A stretch of 64,000 nt of DNA, taken from contig CAXXYE010000008.1 in assembly GCA_963674865.2 (NCBI GenBank), positions 256,001 to 320,000 on the forward strand. The letters are read 5' to 3'. The notes beneath the pieces are model-generated. The model worked only from the letters and a program-made list of their open reading frames with translations, made no database searches and was not told the DNA's origin. Shown piece after piece: positions 9,901 through 19,455 of this stretch (the stretch's first letter is position 1; every line of letters starts with the position of its first letter). The position numbers were made by a program, and so were the translations under genes. Source of the DNA: Candidatus Hydrogenedentota bacterium (GTDB taxonomy: Bacteria > Hydrogenedentota > Hydrogenedentia > Hydrogenedentales > SLHB01).

Positions 9901-10347
9901 ACCATGTACACCCCGCCGGGCGGCCCGCGGACGCTCCGGCCACTTGGCTTCTACCGCTCCCAGCCTTGGCTCGCCCTCTACTGGGGCATCGAGGGCGGTG
10001 GCTGGTATGCCTATCACGTCAGCGACCTGTTCTCCACCGGCGACATGGGCGGCCCCGCTTACGGCGGCGTCCACATGGACTCCCGTGACCTCGTGACAAG
10101 CCGGCGCTGGGAAGCACAACGCGACGGCATCGAAGACTTCAATATCGTTAGCGATCTGCGTGACCTTGCTAAGGAGAAAGGCGACTCCCAGGCATTGTCC
10201 GCAATCGATGGGGCCATCGCTTACGTCGCCGGTCGAGTGCTGACGGGCGCCACCCGGGAAGCCGCCGAATACGACTTCCCCTACGAGGAGTTCATGGCCT
10301 ATCGCCAGAGAATCCGTCAGGAATACGAGCGTCTCTTGAGGCAATAG
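6907..10347 (+). CDS. Secreted FG-GAP/PQQ-like beta-propeller protein with C-terminal GH123/DUF4091-like domain
   Basis: Signal peptide; repeated DxDGDG loops (DVDGDGLDE, DLDGDGRAE, DIDGDGVLE); C-terminal YPEDEP and SRRWEAQRDGIEDF. Confidence 0.8.
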   Translation: MKTAHLRLIMVSWILLAVGLCDLAFAMPEPAQEWSVELGTGLAGSPTPYPSAAPDSVIVATGGRLVRVNGAGKVVLRLEFGPEEGRGGEIMPPPVELDGDQGEELVLAHKKGIVFGYDVGSNAMLWETDLGQPMGQYEFVTAGDVDGDGLDEVVATTKFGWVTCLDSDGSVLWRTRVHTVDKCIAAELSTAAIGDINNDGHAEVVYGTATHHLIALDRFGHLVWDSIVPPHQMNRTPVLIADADQDGCAEVYSMSSMLSPRKGLVCVDGKDGRLLWTGLTVGKAYLGCKPVRFSDGTGGILACDKGGNIHAHRADGSLAWHNRVSGRGVYWPPAVADLDGDGRAEIVAAVRATSLDGNGASWYVLDADTGELLGGYLHAPGLPGPAVCDIDGDGVLEVLIVSANGRLTAFSFGGPATKDAVFLGSRRDARYPAQIGPTTAPTPKVGAEITLFPPEGLRLRFGNNAFEALLPRPAGPRESVEFECIQPDGIRRMEVRFLRGGEDNAAFNLPVPAPGKYALALRLIDLDTGKTLGEEKKTTRVGNVIREVAKARANTSAGLDGVRRQLVREGLESAMFVAQLGAEVNTAFELLSARIKTCSGLSPASQEKLLADADAYMALLERSRNLAALTLAEVRAEHRSSFIMWQDKDPWDNADPLDALPDVGGALVADTWAFGNEWESLCVNMVNLTPRPLQLRVESGTIKAATENDEVKLPSVVDVVRFHTAVALPAGRETVPDLLPRLGEGKVINLAPGEVRQLWLNVSTHQLPAGAYELHWLVRTLDEFTDSVPMTINLDVSPVRCPEKSRFLACYWTGPSDRTIEDMNEHLVTMWQNLPLPPAQANARGEILGALDWSAHDAIIKRIKQPEILFYGNQEIPTPSFPAGVDVTDALRLKGQRAYAKRMVAHLAKLGFEYEDFMFYPEDEPGLKGEITSFMAKARRNKLVDPRIQNYANPWGAFTIEMLREMAEVTDVWQPGMEVLEFWGQEAIDVMRRGGKRITMYTPPGGPRTLRPLGFYRSQPWLALYWGIEGGGWYAYHVSDLFSTGDMGGPAYGGVHMDSRDLVTSRRWEAQRDGIEDFNIVSDLRDLAKEKGDSQALSAIDGAIAYVAGRVLTGATREAAEYDFPYEEFMAYRQRIRQEYERLLRQ

Positions 10348-10409
10348 CGTCTTCCGCTTCACCATAGGCGCATGCGGCTCCGGACGACACATGCGGTCGC
10401 GGCCGCCCT

Positions 10410-11249
10410 TTAGCCCTTGACCGCGCCCGAGGTCAGGCCCTGCACAAAATGCTTCTGGAGCGCGACAAATAAAGCGACTGGTGGAATGCTGAAGATGATC
10501 GACGCCGCGAAGAGCTGGTCGTACTTGTTGACATATTGCCCCAGGAAGGCCGCTCGTAGTCCCACAGGCAGCGTGATCGCGTTGTCCCGCCCCAGGACGA
10601 AGGCAAAGAGGAACTCGTTCCAGGACACCAAGAAGGCGAAGGTGCCAACGGCGATCACGGCAGGCGCGGCCAACGGGAGCACGACGTGATAGAGCACCTG
10701 CACGCGATTGCAGCCGTCAATGAGTGCCGCCTCTTCGAGTTCTCCGGGAATGGAACGAAAATAGCCAAAAAGCAGCCACGTGCAGAACGGAATGGCGAAA
10801 CCCGTGTACACCAGCACCAGCCCGGAGCGTGTGTCAAGCAGGTTGAGTGTGCGAACCACTTGAAAGAGCGGGATGAGAATCGAGCTGCCCGGCATCATCT
10901 GAGAGGCGACGACCACCATGAGAATGGGCCTGGCACCACGAAACCGGAATCGGGCGAAGCTGTAAGCAGCCCCCGCGCTGAAGGCCAGCGCGAGCGCCGA
11001 GGTGGCTAGCGCGACGACGGCGCTGTTCGCGAAATACTTCCCGAAAGGCGCTTCCCGCCATAGGGTGATGTACGCATCGAAGGTGAACGTCTCCGGCAGC
11101 AAAGCCGGAGGCGTCCGCGTCACTTCGGAAAGGGGGCGTACCGAGGTCGTGACGACCCACGCGAGCGGGAGCACGAGCAAGCCGATGGCTGTAATGCCCA
11201 AAGCGTAGGTAAGGGTCGTCCTTATACCGAGGCGTGTGCTAGGCATCAT
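10410..11249 (-). CDS. Carbohydrate ABC transporter permease (MalG-like)
   Basis: EAA motif IPGELEEAALIDG; C-terminus FVQGLTSGAVKG. Confidence 0.95.
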   Translation of the reverse strand: MMPSTRLGIRTTLTYALGITAIGLLVLPLAWVVTTSVRPLSEVTRTPPALLPETFTFDAYITLWREAPFGKYFANSAVVALATSALALAFSAGAAYSFARFRFRGARPILMVVVASQMMPGSSILIPLFQVVRTLNLLDTRSGLVLVYTGFAIPFCTWLLFGYFRSIPGELEEAALIDGCNRVQVLYHVVLPLAAPAVIAVGTFAFLVSWNEFLFAFVLGRDNAITLPVGLRAAFLGQYVNKYDQLFAASIIFSIPPVALFVALQKHFVQGLTSGAVKG

Positions 11250-12147
11250 GACGTTCCCTGTCTTCCCGAAACATCAATCGCATAAAGAGCAGGCTCGCCA
11301 GGAGCAGGAAGGCCAGCAGGATCATGGCGGATGCCGCGCCTCGCCCCAATCGCAAGTGTTCGAAGGCGATTTGGTACACGGTTATCGGGAGCACCTGCGT
11401 AGCCTTCGCCGGCCCGCCCTCCGTCATGATGAAAATGAGAGGAAACTCGTTTGCCATCCATATCGTGGCGAACAAGACCACAACGGCTATCACGTGCCGC
11501 AGTTGCGGCAGAGTAACGTGCCAGAAACGTTGCACGAGTCTTGCCCCGTCCACGAGGGCCGCCTCGTAGAGATCCTTTGGAATGCCTTGCAGTCCGGCGA
11601 GAAGCATGATCGTTATGTAAGGCATAAACCGCCAGACGTTCGCCACCACAACCGCTGCCATGGCGGTTTCGGGCCTCGCCAGCCACGGGACGTTCTCGTC
11701 GATTAGACCCATGCTTGTAAGGCCGTGGTTGACCAGGCCAAAACTGTCGTGAAACAACCAGCGCCACATGTATCCCGTGACGACCGGCGAAATGGCCCAC
11801 GGAATCAGAAGACAGGCCATTAGCACGGGCCGGTATCTGCGTATCTCGTTGAGCACAAGCGCCAGGCCAAGACCAAGCACGAGAGCGGGGGGCAAAGAGA
11901 AGACAAGGAACCTCGCTGAACAGAGGATACTTGATCGAAACGTGGAGCTTCGCAAGAGCCTGGCGAAGTTGGCCGCGCCGACGAACTCGCCGCTGCCGCC
12001 TTTGAGAAGCCTGACCCGCTGCAGGCTCATGACGGCGTTGTCCGCCATGGGATACAGAATCACGATGGACAAGACGAGCAACGCGGGGGCCAGCAACAAG
12101 TATGGCAATAAACGGGGGAGCCTCGGTCGTCGTCTCGCGTCGCTCAT
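11239..12147 (-). CDS. Carbohydrate ABC transporter permease (MalF-like)
   Basis: FVGAANF, LAGLQGIPKDLYEAALVDGA, TEGGP motifs. Confidence 0.95.
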   Translation of the reverse strand: MSDARRRPRLPRLLPYLLLAPALLVLSIVILYPMADNAVMSLQRVRLLKGGSGEFVGAANFARLLRSSTFRSSILCSARFLVFSLPPALVLGLGLALVLNEIRRYRPVLMACLLIPWAISPVVTGYMWRWLFHDSFGLVNHGLTSMGLIDENVPWLARPETAMAAVVVANVWRFMPYITIMLLAGLQGIPKDLYEAALVDGARLVQRFWHVTLPQLRHVIAVVVLFATIWMANEFPLIFIMTEGGPAKATQVLPITVYQIAFEHLRLGRGAASAMILLAFLLLASLLFMRLMFREDRERHDA

Positions 12148-12152
12148 GATGC

Positions 12153-13517
12153 TCAATAGTCGCTCAACAGTTCGTTCACTTGTTCGGCAGCCGCATCCAG
12201 TGCGGCTTTCGCTTCGCTTTGTCCGCTCAGTAACCTGTTAACGGCATCGGCCATGTGACGTTGGATCTCCGTGATGGCCGGATGACCCGGCCAGCCAATC
12301 CCGACGCGGGCCTCGGACGCGAGTACATCGAGGCTCACATAACGCGATTCGCGGCCTGGCGCGAATGCGGCCTCCTGCGTGGGGAGTCCGCCCATCGCCG
12401 GGTCGGGCTTTTGCCATACGGGATGGTATACGTACAGGGCCTTGAGCACTTCCCACGCCTCCTGCGGTACGTCGGTGTATCCGGTAATCGACACCATCAC
12501 CACGTCAAGCAACGTGCCCGGAGGATTCTCTTCAAGGGGCTCTCCCGGCCCCGGTACGGGAGCAAGCTCCAGCTTCTGGACGTCGAAATCGTAGTTGTCC
12601 GCCACGACATCCTGCCACCACGGCCCCTCGATTGAGATGGCCGCCTTTTCCGAGGCCCAAAGCGCCGCGTTCTCGTCAAACTTGTAGGCGGCGCTGGCAG
12701 CGGGCATAAAACCTTGCTCCTCCAGCTTCTGCAGCAATTCCAGCGCGGCTACGCCGGCCGGCCCGTTGAAGGCCGCTGCCGTCCAGTCCGCATTCAAAAC
12801 GCGGCCCCCGGCCTTGTAGAGCAACGGCAGGAAACGATAGGCCGTGTCCAAATTCGCCCCGCCCGGCATGGTGAACGCGTATAGACCTCTCTCCTTCAGG
12901 ATGGGGCCCATCACCAGCAAATCGCCCCAGGTTTCGGGCGGCCTCAATCCGCTTCTGTCGAGAAGTTCCTTGTTCACCGCCAGGACATACGGCAACATGA
13001 GCAGCGGGATACCATAGTGCTTGCCTTCAAATGCCACCTGTGCAAGCGCGTTCGGGAGAAAACGGGGGGCGATTTCCTCAAAGTCCGCGAAGGTCTCCAG
13101 CGCAAGCAGCCCGCCGACATCCCCGAATTCCACGGCGTACTTGTGGTGGAGCATGACGATGTCGGGGCCCTCGCCCACAATGGTCGTGCTGATCAGACAT
13201 TCGCGCTGCGCGTCCCAGTCGCGCGTCTCCAATTCGATCAGGATATCATCATGAGCGGCATTGAAGTCCTCGACGGCTTCGCGAATCCACTCCCGATAGC
13301 CAGGCACGCCGCCGAATTGCCACAACTGCACGTGGGCAGGGCCCTTCGGCTTCTCCGAACATTGCGCCGTAACAAGAAGCAGCAGACCCGTCATGAAGAT
13401 GGATACTAGCGAACTCCGGTTGTTCGACAAAGGCAACGCCGCCTCCTTCTTCGTCGCAAGATTCGGAACGTCGTTCGTCGATTGGCGTTCGACGGTCAAA
13501 TGATGATAGCGTAGCAA
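12153..13517 (-). CDS. Carbohydrate ABC transporter substrate-binding protein (true start probably downstream of the ORF-track start)
   Basis: Hydrophobic leader ending VTAQC; FNAAH-I-IE, GEGPDI, YGIP, GPWW SBP family 1 features; adjacent to two permeases. Confidence 0.9.
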   Translation of the reverse strand: MLRYHHLTVERQSTNDVPNLATKKEAALPLSNNRSSLVSIFMTGLLLLVTAQCSEKPKGPAHVQLWQFGGVPGYREWIREAVEDFNAAHDDILIELETRDWDAQRECLISTTIVGEGPDIVMLHHKYAVEFGDVGGLLALETFADFEEIAPRFLPNALAQVAFEGKHYGIPLLMLPYVLAVNKELLDRSGLRPPETWGDLLVMGPILKERGLYAFTMPGGANLDTAYRFLPLLYKAGGRVLNADWTAAAFNGPAGVAALELLQKLEEQGFMPAASAAYKFDENAALWASEKAAISIEGPWWQDVVADNYDFDVQKLELAPVPGPGEPLEENPPGTLLDVVMVSITGYTDVPQEAWEVLKALYVYHPVWQKPDPAMGGLPTQEAAFAPGRESRYVSLDVLASEARVGIGWPGHPAITEIQRHMADAVNRLLSGQSEAKAALDAAAEQVNELLSDY

Positions 13518-13624
13518 GGCGCCTTGGGCAAATGCTTGCTCGGAAGCTTATCAGCGCCGAGAGGCGCTCCAAGTTGGCGATCGAGGATGCGTCTGGCAGA
13601 GGACTATGCGACGAGGCCTTCCCC

Positions 13625-15592
13625 ATGGGACCTAGGAGAATTACGAGGCGTTCGTTTATGAAGGCTGGGGCCGCAGGCGCCGCAACGTCACGGATTGCTT
13701 CAGCATCGCCCCGACGGCGCGTGAAGTCCGCCAAGAAGAGGGCCGTTGTTGAATGGCCGCAGGGCGCCCGGGCGCCGATACTCTCTCCCGCGGCGCGCCG
13801 GGCCGTGAACGTCGCCCTGGCCTACGGCGACCGGTATCAGGACAAGGAATCCGGCCTCATACTCGGCGACGAGTGGCTGAATGTTGACGGGCGTTCCTGT
13901 TTCTTCTTCGCCGTGGCGTGTCTGCTGGATGGCTCGCCTGAGCGGATCGCTCAGGGCGAGCACATTCTCGCGCATGTTGGCACTCCGTCCGCGGGAACAA
14001 GTCTTTTGCTTCTGACGGAGGCATCCCCTCTCTTCAGCCCGGACACGCTGGCGGCACTGGAAAAGGATGTTCGAAGTGGCCTAGGGAGTGGTGGCGAGGA
14101 CGTCATTGCAGGCCGCAACATCAACATCCCCTTGGGCACGTGGGCGCGCCGCATTGCAGGCGCCCATGTCTGCCGGGAGCCGGGATACCTGAAGCCGTGC
14201 GTCCGGGCGCTGGAAAAGCTGACCGACCTCGTCGAGGCACATGGGTCACATCCCGAGTTCAACAGCCCAACTTACGAAGCCTTGACGCTCATCCATCTTC
14301 GGACAATGAGTCTGACCAACGAGCCTTCCATATGCGCCCATTCGCTGCCGCTCGAACAGTACCTCTGGGAGAGTCTCGCCTTGCGGTGGCATCCGCGTCT
14401 CAAGCAGCTCTGCGGTCCTTGGGCACGGGCATACCAGGACAGCCTCGTAGGCGCCTCGGGCACCATCCCCATCCTTGCGGACATTGCGTGGGGGGCCTTC
14501 TACGATGACCGCGTGGCGTATCCTTATGAGCACGCCCATGACTACCTGTTCGGGGCCATTCTTCCTTTCCTGGTCCAGAACCTGCCCTTTGACGTGAGCC
14601 ACATCGCCCAGCGCAAACGGTTTCCGCTTACCATCACGTCGGCTGCGGAGCAGGTCATGGTTCGCATGGGATCCGAAGAGCACCTGACCTGGGTGCCGGG
14701 CGGAATCGCCGAACTCACCACATGGATGGATGAGAATCTGGCCGTGGGCTCGGCTACGCGAAGCCACCTGCATGCCATGCAGAACGGGACCTACGTGGCG
14801 CAGTGGACACGCACGGGCAAGCCCATCGAGAAATTGCGTGATCTGGGCCAGGCGTTTACCCGCTTCGTTCAGAATGGGCAGCGCCCCGGCAAAGAGACGC
14901 ATGTCTTCAGGAACTACCACACCGGGTCCGACCAATCCATGGGCGCTAAACTCTGGCCGGATGGCGGGCGTCCATTTGCGCTACAGAGCGGACCAACGGC
15001 CCTGATCCTCTATGTCCCCAGGGGCCGCGAGCGCTGGTGGGTGCACAGTCTCGAGATATTTATGGCCTTCCCGCGGCTCGACACTGTCGACGCCGTTCTG
15101 GTGGATGGCACTCCGGTGGATGAATACGAGGGTGCCCCGGGGCAGCCGGTTGTCGTACGGAGCGGGAACGTCGGCATGGGACTGCGCTTCGCCGTATGCG
15201 ACGCGGAACTGACAACGCCGCGACTAATCGTGGAGCGCAGCCGCGACCACCTGCTGGTCGGACTCAGGCTTGTGGCGTATACCGAGGAACGCGAACTCTC
15301 CGCGCTTGAGTACCGGCGCTATGCCGCCACGATAGGGGCTGAGCTTCGCTATGCACCTACCTCTGCGGATCTGGAGCGGTTTGTGCGAGACATGAAAGCG
15401 TCCACTCTCACGGATGAGTGGGACGCTGACCTGCTCGGCACACATCGCGAGGTGGCGTTTCAGGTGGGGGGCAAACAGTTGTACGGTCGGTTCGACCCCA
15501 TTTCCGAAAGCTGGTTGCGGACAGCTCTTCCCACACCCCCCGGTGCAGCGCTGCAGCTCGCTTATGACCGTGGCACGTACCGCGAAGTTTAG
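13625..15592 (+). CDS. Tat-exported hypothetical protein, possible alpha/alpha-toroid + beta-sandwich carbohydrate enzyme
   Basis: TRRSFMKAGAAGAA twin-arginine motif; EFNSPTY and GPWARAY motifs; divergent from the ABC operon. Confidence 0.7.
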   Translation: MGPRRITRRSFMKAGAAGAATSRIASASPRRRVKSAKKRAVVEWPQGARAPILSPAARRAVNVALAYGDRYQDKESGLILGDEWLNVDGRSCFFFAVACLLDGSPERIAQGEHILAHVGTPSAGTSLLLLTEASPLFSPDTLAALEKDVRSGLGSGGEDVIAGRNINIPLGTWARRIAGAHVCREPGYLKPCVRALEKLTDLVEAHGSHPEFNSPTYEALTLIHLRTMSLTNEPSICAHSLPLEQYLWESLALRWHPRLKQLCGPWARAYQDSLVGASGTIPILADIAWGAFYDDRVAYPYEHAHDYLFGAILPFLVQNLPFDVSHIAQRKRFPLTITSAAEQVMVRMGSEEHLTWVPGGIAELTTWMDENLAVGSATRSHLHAMQNGTYVAQWTRTGKPIEKLRDLGQAFTRFVQNGQRPGKETHVFRNYHTGSDQSMGAKLWPDGGRPFALQSGPTALILYVPRGRERWWVHSLEIFMAFPRLDTVDAVLVDGTPVDEYEGAPGQPVVVRSGNVGMGLRFAVCDAELTTPRLIVERSRDHLLVGLRLVAYTEERELSALEYRRYAATIGAELRYAPTSADLERFVRDMKASTLTDEWDADLLGTHREVAFQVGGKQLYGRFDPISESWLRTALPTPPGAALQLAYDRGTYREV

Positions 15593-15615
15593 CGGCCAAA
15601 GGAGGCTAGAACGCG

Positions 15616-17064
15616 ATGAGTGATCATCCGAGGAACAAAGTCTCCTGGTGGCAGCCGGTCCTGTTTGGCGCCATGGCCGGGGGCATGGGCTGGGGGATCC
15701 GCGGCCAATACGGCCACGAAAGCGGCGCCATGATAGCCGGGGCTCTGGTGAGTCTCACGTTGGTGTACCTGTTATCCGACGGGAAGTCCTCCTTGCAGGC
15801 GGTGCGGGCCGTGGCGCTGGGTACTATCGCCATGGGCTTCGGTGGCACCATGACCTACGGCCAGACCGTAGGCCTCACGCACGACGGCGCGCTCATTGGG
15901 CTCTGGGAGGCACTCCACTGGGGCATGATTGGACTCGCCATCAAGGGCGGCATCTGGATTGGCTTCGCGGGCTTTTTCCTTGGATTGGGGCTTGGTGGGA
16001 AGCGGTACCGACCGCTCGAAATACTGAGGCTGGTCCTACTCATGCTCTTCGCCGTGCTGGTGGGCTGGTCGATTCTCAACCGCCCCCACGATCCAGCGAA
16101 CATGCGCCTACCTTTCCTTTACTTCTCCGACCATTGGTATTGGGAACCGGAACTCCTTGAAAACCCCGACCACGTATACCGTCCCGAGATCTGGGGAGGA
16201 TTGCTCTTCGCACTGATCGCCGCCGTGGTATATGCCTCCCGCGTAAAGAAAGATACTCTAGCACGCAACATGGCGGTGTGGGGTATCCTGGGGGGCGCCA
16301 TCGGCTTTCCGCTCGGGCAGGCCATTCAGGCCACAAATCAGTGGAATCCTGACTTCTTTGGGAAGAGTTTCCTCGCGCCGTTCACCAATCACTTCACTTG
16401 GTGGAACACAATGGAGACGACCTTCGGCGCGATCATGGGCGCCGTGCTCGGCCTGGGCCTCTGGTTCAACCGGGCAAGGATAGACACCACGTCCGACCCC
16501 GATGACAAACCTATAGCCTATAGTGTGGAAGGAGCGCTCTTGGTTGTACACCTCTGCCTGCTTTCTGCCGTGCAGTTCACTGAGCGCTCCTGGGCAGAAG
16601 CTCTCTACGACTTCGGCATCATGATGGGCCTGATCCCGCTCGTGGCATGTATCCGCGGCCGTTTCTGGCCCTATCTCCAGATTCTGCCCATCACCCTCTT
16701 GCCCATCGCCGGGAAGACCGTCCAGACACTGGCATACAGCGGGGGGAATCCTATCAAATTGGGTCTTGCCTGGCCGTTGTTCTTCATCCTACCCATGGGG
16801 GCGGCGACAGGCCTTGCGGTCTCGGGCGCTTGGAAGGCCAGGCTGGGCGATGCGCCGAGCCCATTTGTTCGCGACGCCCTGCTCCTCGCCATCTGGACGT
16901 ACTTCTGGCTGAACCACGCCTTTTTCGGCTTCCCGTGGCCGTGGCTCCCTTGGGGCGGACGAACAGCTAACGACCTCATCTTTACCGTCTGCGCCATAGG
17001 ATTGACGTTGATGGTGCTGATCAATCGAGCGCGACAACAGGAAGAGCGCACGGTGCCAGCATAG
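15616..17064 (+). CDS. Polytopic membrane protein of unknown function
   Basis: AGGAGG RBS; many Gly-rich hydrophobic segments (GWGIRGQYGHESGA, FGGTMTYGQT, WWNTMETTFG). Confidence 0.85.
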   Translation: MSDHPRNKVSWWQPVLFGAMAGGMGWGIRGQYGHESGAMIAGALVSLTLVYLLSDGKSSLQAVRAVALGTIAMGFGGTMTYGQTVGLTHDGALIGLWEALHWGMIGLAIKGGIWIGFAGFFLGLGLGGKRYRPLEILRLVLLMLFAVLVGWSILNRPHDPANMRLPFLYFSDHWYWEPELLENPDHVYRPEIWGGLLFALIAAVVYASRVKKDTLARNMAVWGILGGAIGFPLGQAIQATNQWNPDFFGKSFLAPFTNHFTWWNTMETTFGAIMGAVLGLGLWFNRARIDTTSDPDDKPIAYSVEGALLVVHLCLLSAVQFTERSWAEALYDFGIMMGLIPLVACIRGRFWPYLQILPITLLPIAGKTVQTLAYSGGNPIKLGLAWPLFFILPMGAATGLAVSGAWKARLGDAPSPFVRDALLLAIWTYFWLNHAFFGFPWPWLPWGGRTANDLIFTVCAIGLTLMVLINRARQQEERTVPA

Positions 17065-17069
17065 GCGTC

Positions 17070-17091
17070 TGTGGTTGCGGAAAACTCGTCC
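17070..17091 (-). mobile_element. Isolated IS terminal motif
   Basis: Minus strand GGACGAGTTTTCCGCAACCACA has the same 22-nt pattern as 4790-4811 and 35649-35670. Confidence 0.6.
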
Positions 17092-17112
17092 CTATTGATG
17101 GACAAGGACTTA

Positions 17113-17683
17113 CCACGCGGAACGCATTGCTGAGGATGCCGACTACGCGGGAATCCGAATTCGATTCCGGGGCGCGCTGGAATCGGCCAGGATCAACACG
17201 CAAATCGACGTTGGTTTCGGAGACGTAGTCTTTCCTGAGCCGACACCCATCGTCTTGCCGACCTTGCTTTACTTACCTGCCCCAGCATTGCAGTGATACA
17301 GCCGCGAAAGCACAATCGCGGAGAAGTTCGAAGCCATGGGGAGTTTGGGGGAGCTCAACAGCCGCATGAAGGACTTCTTCGACATTTGGCTGCTCCTGCA
17401 GTCCTTTGATTTCGAGGGGCAGGACCTCGCCGAGGCCATCAGACGAACCTTCGACCGACGCGGAACTGAGCTGCCTGAATCCATCACCGCCTTCGCACCG
17501 GAATTCGCCATGGCCAAACAAGTGCAATGGCGCGCCTTCACAAGAAGGCTCAGGGAAGGCGCTGACGTTCCCGATTTGTCCACAGTGACCTCGGCAATCG
17601 CCGAGTTTCTCTCACCGATTATCCTGACGATCCATGGAGCCGGTCGATGTCCGAGCGGTGGCGCTGTTCGCGTCCGACAGTGA
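17113..17683 (+). pseudogene. AbiEii-family nucleotidyltransferase toxin, 5'-truncated with internal stop
   Basis: AEDADYAGIRIRF...QIDVGFGD...LPAPALQ*YSRESTIAEKFEAM...NSRMKDFFDIW; TGA at 17294-17296. Confidence 0.85.
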
Positions 17684-17764
17684 CCAGGATAACCGAACGC
17701 GCGGGGCTTCGCTGCGTCTGCCTAGGCGAGGTCCGCAACGGAGGTCGGGTTTGCCCACGTCATC

Positions 17765-18645
17765 GAACTCCACGGCATCCGTGAGCGTTCCGGGCTGCAG
17801 GGCCGCATAGTGGCGCCGGCAAGTTTCCGGGGAATTGCCCATCAATGCGGAGACCTTGTACAGGCTCTCGTCCTTCATTGCCAGCTGGCTGCCGAAGGTA
17901 TGGCGGTAGTCGAGGCAGGATCAAGAAAGGCGCGCCTTCTTGTTCGCTTCGCGAAGCGCGTGGGAGAAATTGTCCCCATCCCACCGGCGCCCCTTCAGCG
18001 AGGGGAAGAGCCATCGCCCGGGAACCACGCGGTAGGCGTAGGCGTCCAGATAGATCCGGAGGGCCCGGCTTACGGGGACGGCGCGATTCCGTTTTGTCTT
18101 GGGTTCCCAGAATTCCCCTTCCACCGTCTTTGCGTGCACTCGGATGACTCCGTGCACGCCGGCCGTTACATCCAAGTCGTTGAGTTGCGGCCACAGCGCC
18201 TCTTCACGGCGAAGCCCGGCGTAGATGTAGACGGCGACCATCGTCTGCAGCACGGGATGGTCGACAAGCGCCTCGAGTTGCTGCGCGATCTGCCTCTTCG
18301 TCAGGAACCGGATCTCGGGCGCGGACTCCCGCTGGCGTTCGACCTTGGCCGCGGGGGTTCTGGCCGCCCGGCATGCGGATCCCGCGCTGGTCCATCGCCC
18401 AAGAAGACAGGCGGCTCAGTACCTCCCGGTACCGGTTTGCCGTCTTGGGGGCGACGCTCTCGTCGCGTATGCGTGCGGCGATCACCTCGGCGATCTCGTC
18501 GACCGTGACCTGCTCGATGTACTGAGACAGAATGCGGAACCGATCCTGCTTTCGCCTGGGCCGGCGTCTTCTGCGCCACCCGTTGCCTGCCACACCGGTT
18601 TCCGAGAGGCCGTCGCAGATGGGGCCAAAGAGGTCGCTCAGGTAG
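17765..18645 (-). pseudogene. Tyrosine recombinase/integrase, disrupted
   Basis: APKTANRYRE, IYAGLRREEALW, PKTKRNR, LDYRHTFGSQLA, LMGNSPETCRRHY. Frameshift near 18355, TGA at 17921-17923, 5' end missing. Confidence 0.9.
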
Positions 18646-18753
18646 GTGGTATTTCCGAGCAAGCGCGAGCCAGGTCTTGCGTACGTCGTCCTGCGAAGCG
18701 TCTTTGGCCACACCGAGGATATCGTAGAAGGTCTTTACTCTGATTGGCGGCAT
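18646..18753 (-). pseudogene. J-domain (DnaJ-like) N-terminal fragment
   Basis: MPPIRVKTFYDILGVAKDASQDDVRKTWLALARKYH, broken inside the HPD motif. Confidence 0.8.
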
Positions 18754-18903
18754 GACCCGCAACACCTCAACACCGACGGGTCCGTCACGTCCCGGGGCGA
18801 CTCTGGTCTCCCATGCGGAAGCCCTGACGGCCGACTTCTTCAACGCTTTGCGACATGGGATTCGATACTGGAGCGATGCTTACTATTCCGGTAGCTGACG
18901 ATG

Positions 18904-19221
18904 TCAGCGGGACGGCTTCTCCGGGTGGCGCCAGCCGGCCATCTTTGCCACCGCACTGAGCACCGAGGCGGGCAGGTGTATGAGTGAAGCCAGGTAGCCT
19001 GGGTGTTCTTGCCCTGTTTCTGCCTGCATTTCCTTCACGTTCGCATCTGTCATTGATGCCAAGTTCCCCTTGAACTCCTGCAGAGGCGTCCGTCTCTTTC
19101 TGGCGTGTCTGGCACGTCCTACGCCCTTGCTTCGCATCCATGCCACCATTTCCGTCACTTTCTCTTCGGTCATTGAGACCACTTGCTTCATGAGCTTCTC
19201 TCGCGCCCCTGCGTTCTTCAT
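18904..19221 (-). CDS. Hypothetical small basic helical protein
   Basis: GGAG RBS then ATG; natural-looking composition with an internal SMTEEKV/SMTDANV repeat. Confidence 0.5.
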   Translation of the reverse strand: MKNAGAREKLMKQVVSMTEEKVTEMVAWMRSKGVGRARHARKRRTPLQEFKGNLASMTDANVKEMQAETGQEHPGYLASLIHLPASVLSAVAKMAGWRHPEKPSR

Positions 19222-19455
19222 GGCATATGACTCCACTTGGTGACAGCCACGCTACGCGCCCGATCAATTCTAGTAACGGGGCCGGGCGTAAGCACCTGCC
19301 CGCCAACCTCTGTTGTGATTTCACTTTGGGCGGTCGCTGCCAGTCCCCGCGCCAGGAGAGGCACTGCCCAAGATTCCCTTTGCAGGTTATGGGCTTCTCG
19401 TTCCTTAGTAAACGACTTGGTCGATGCCATTCTTTACCTTTTCCGCTCCTTTCGC

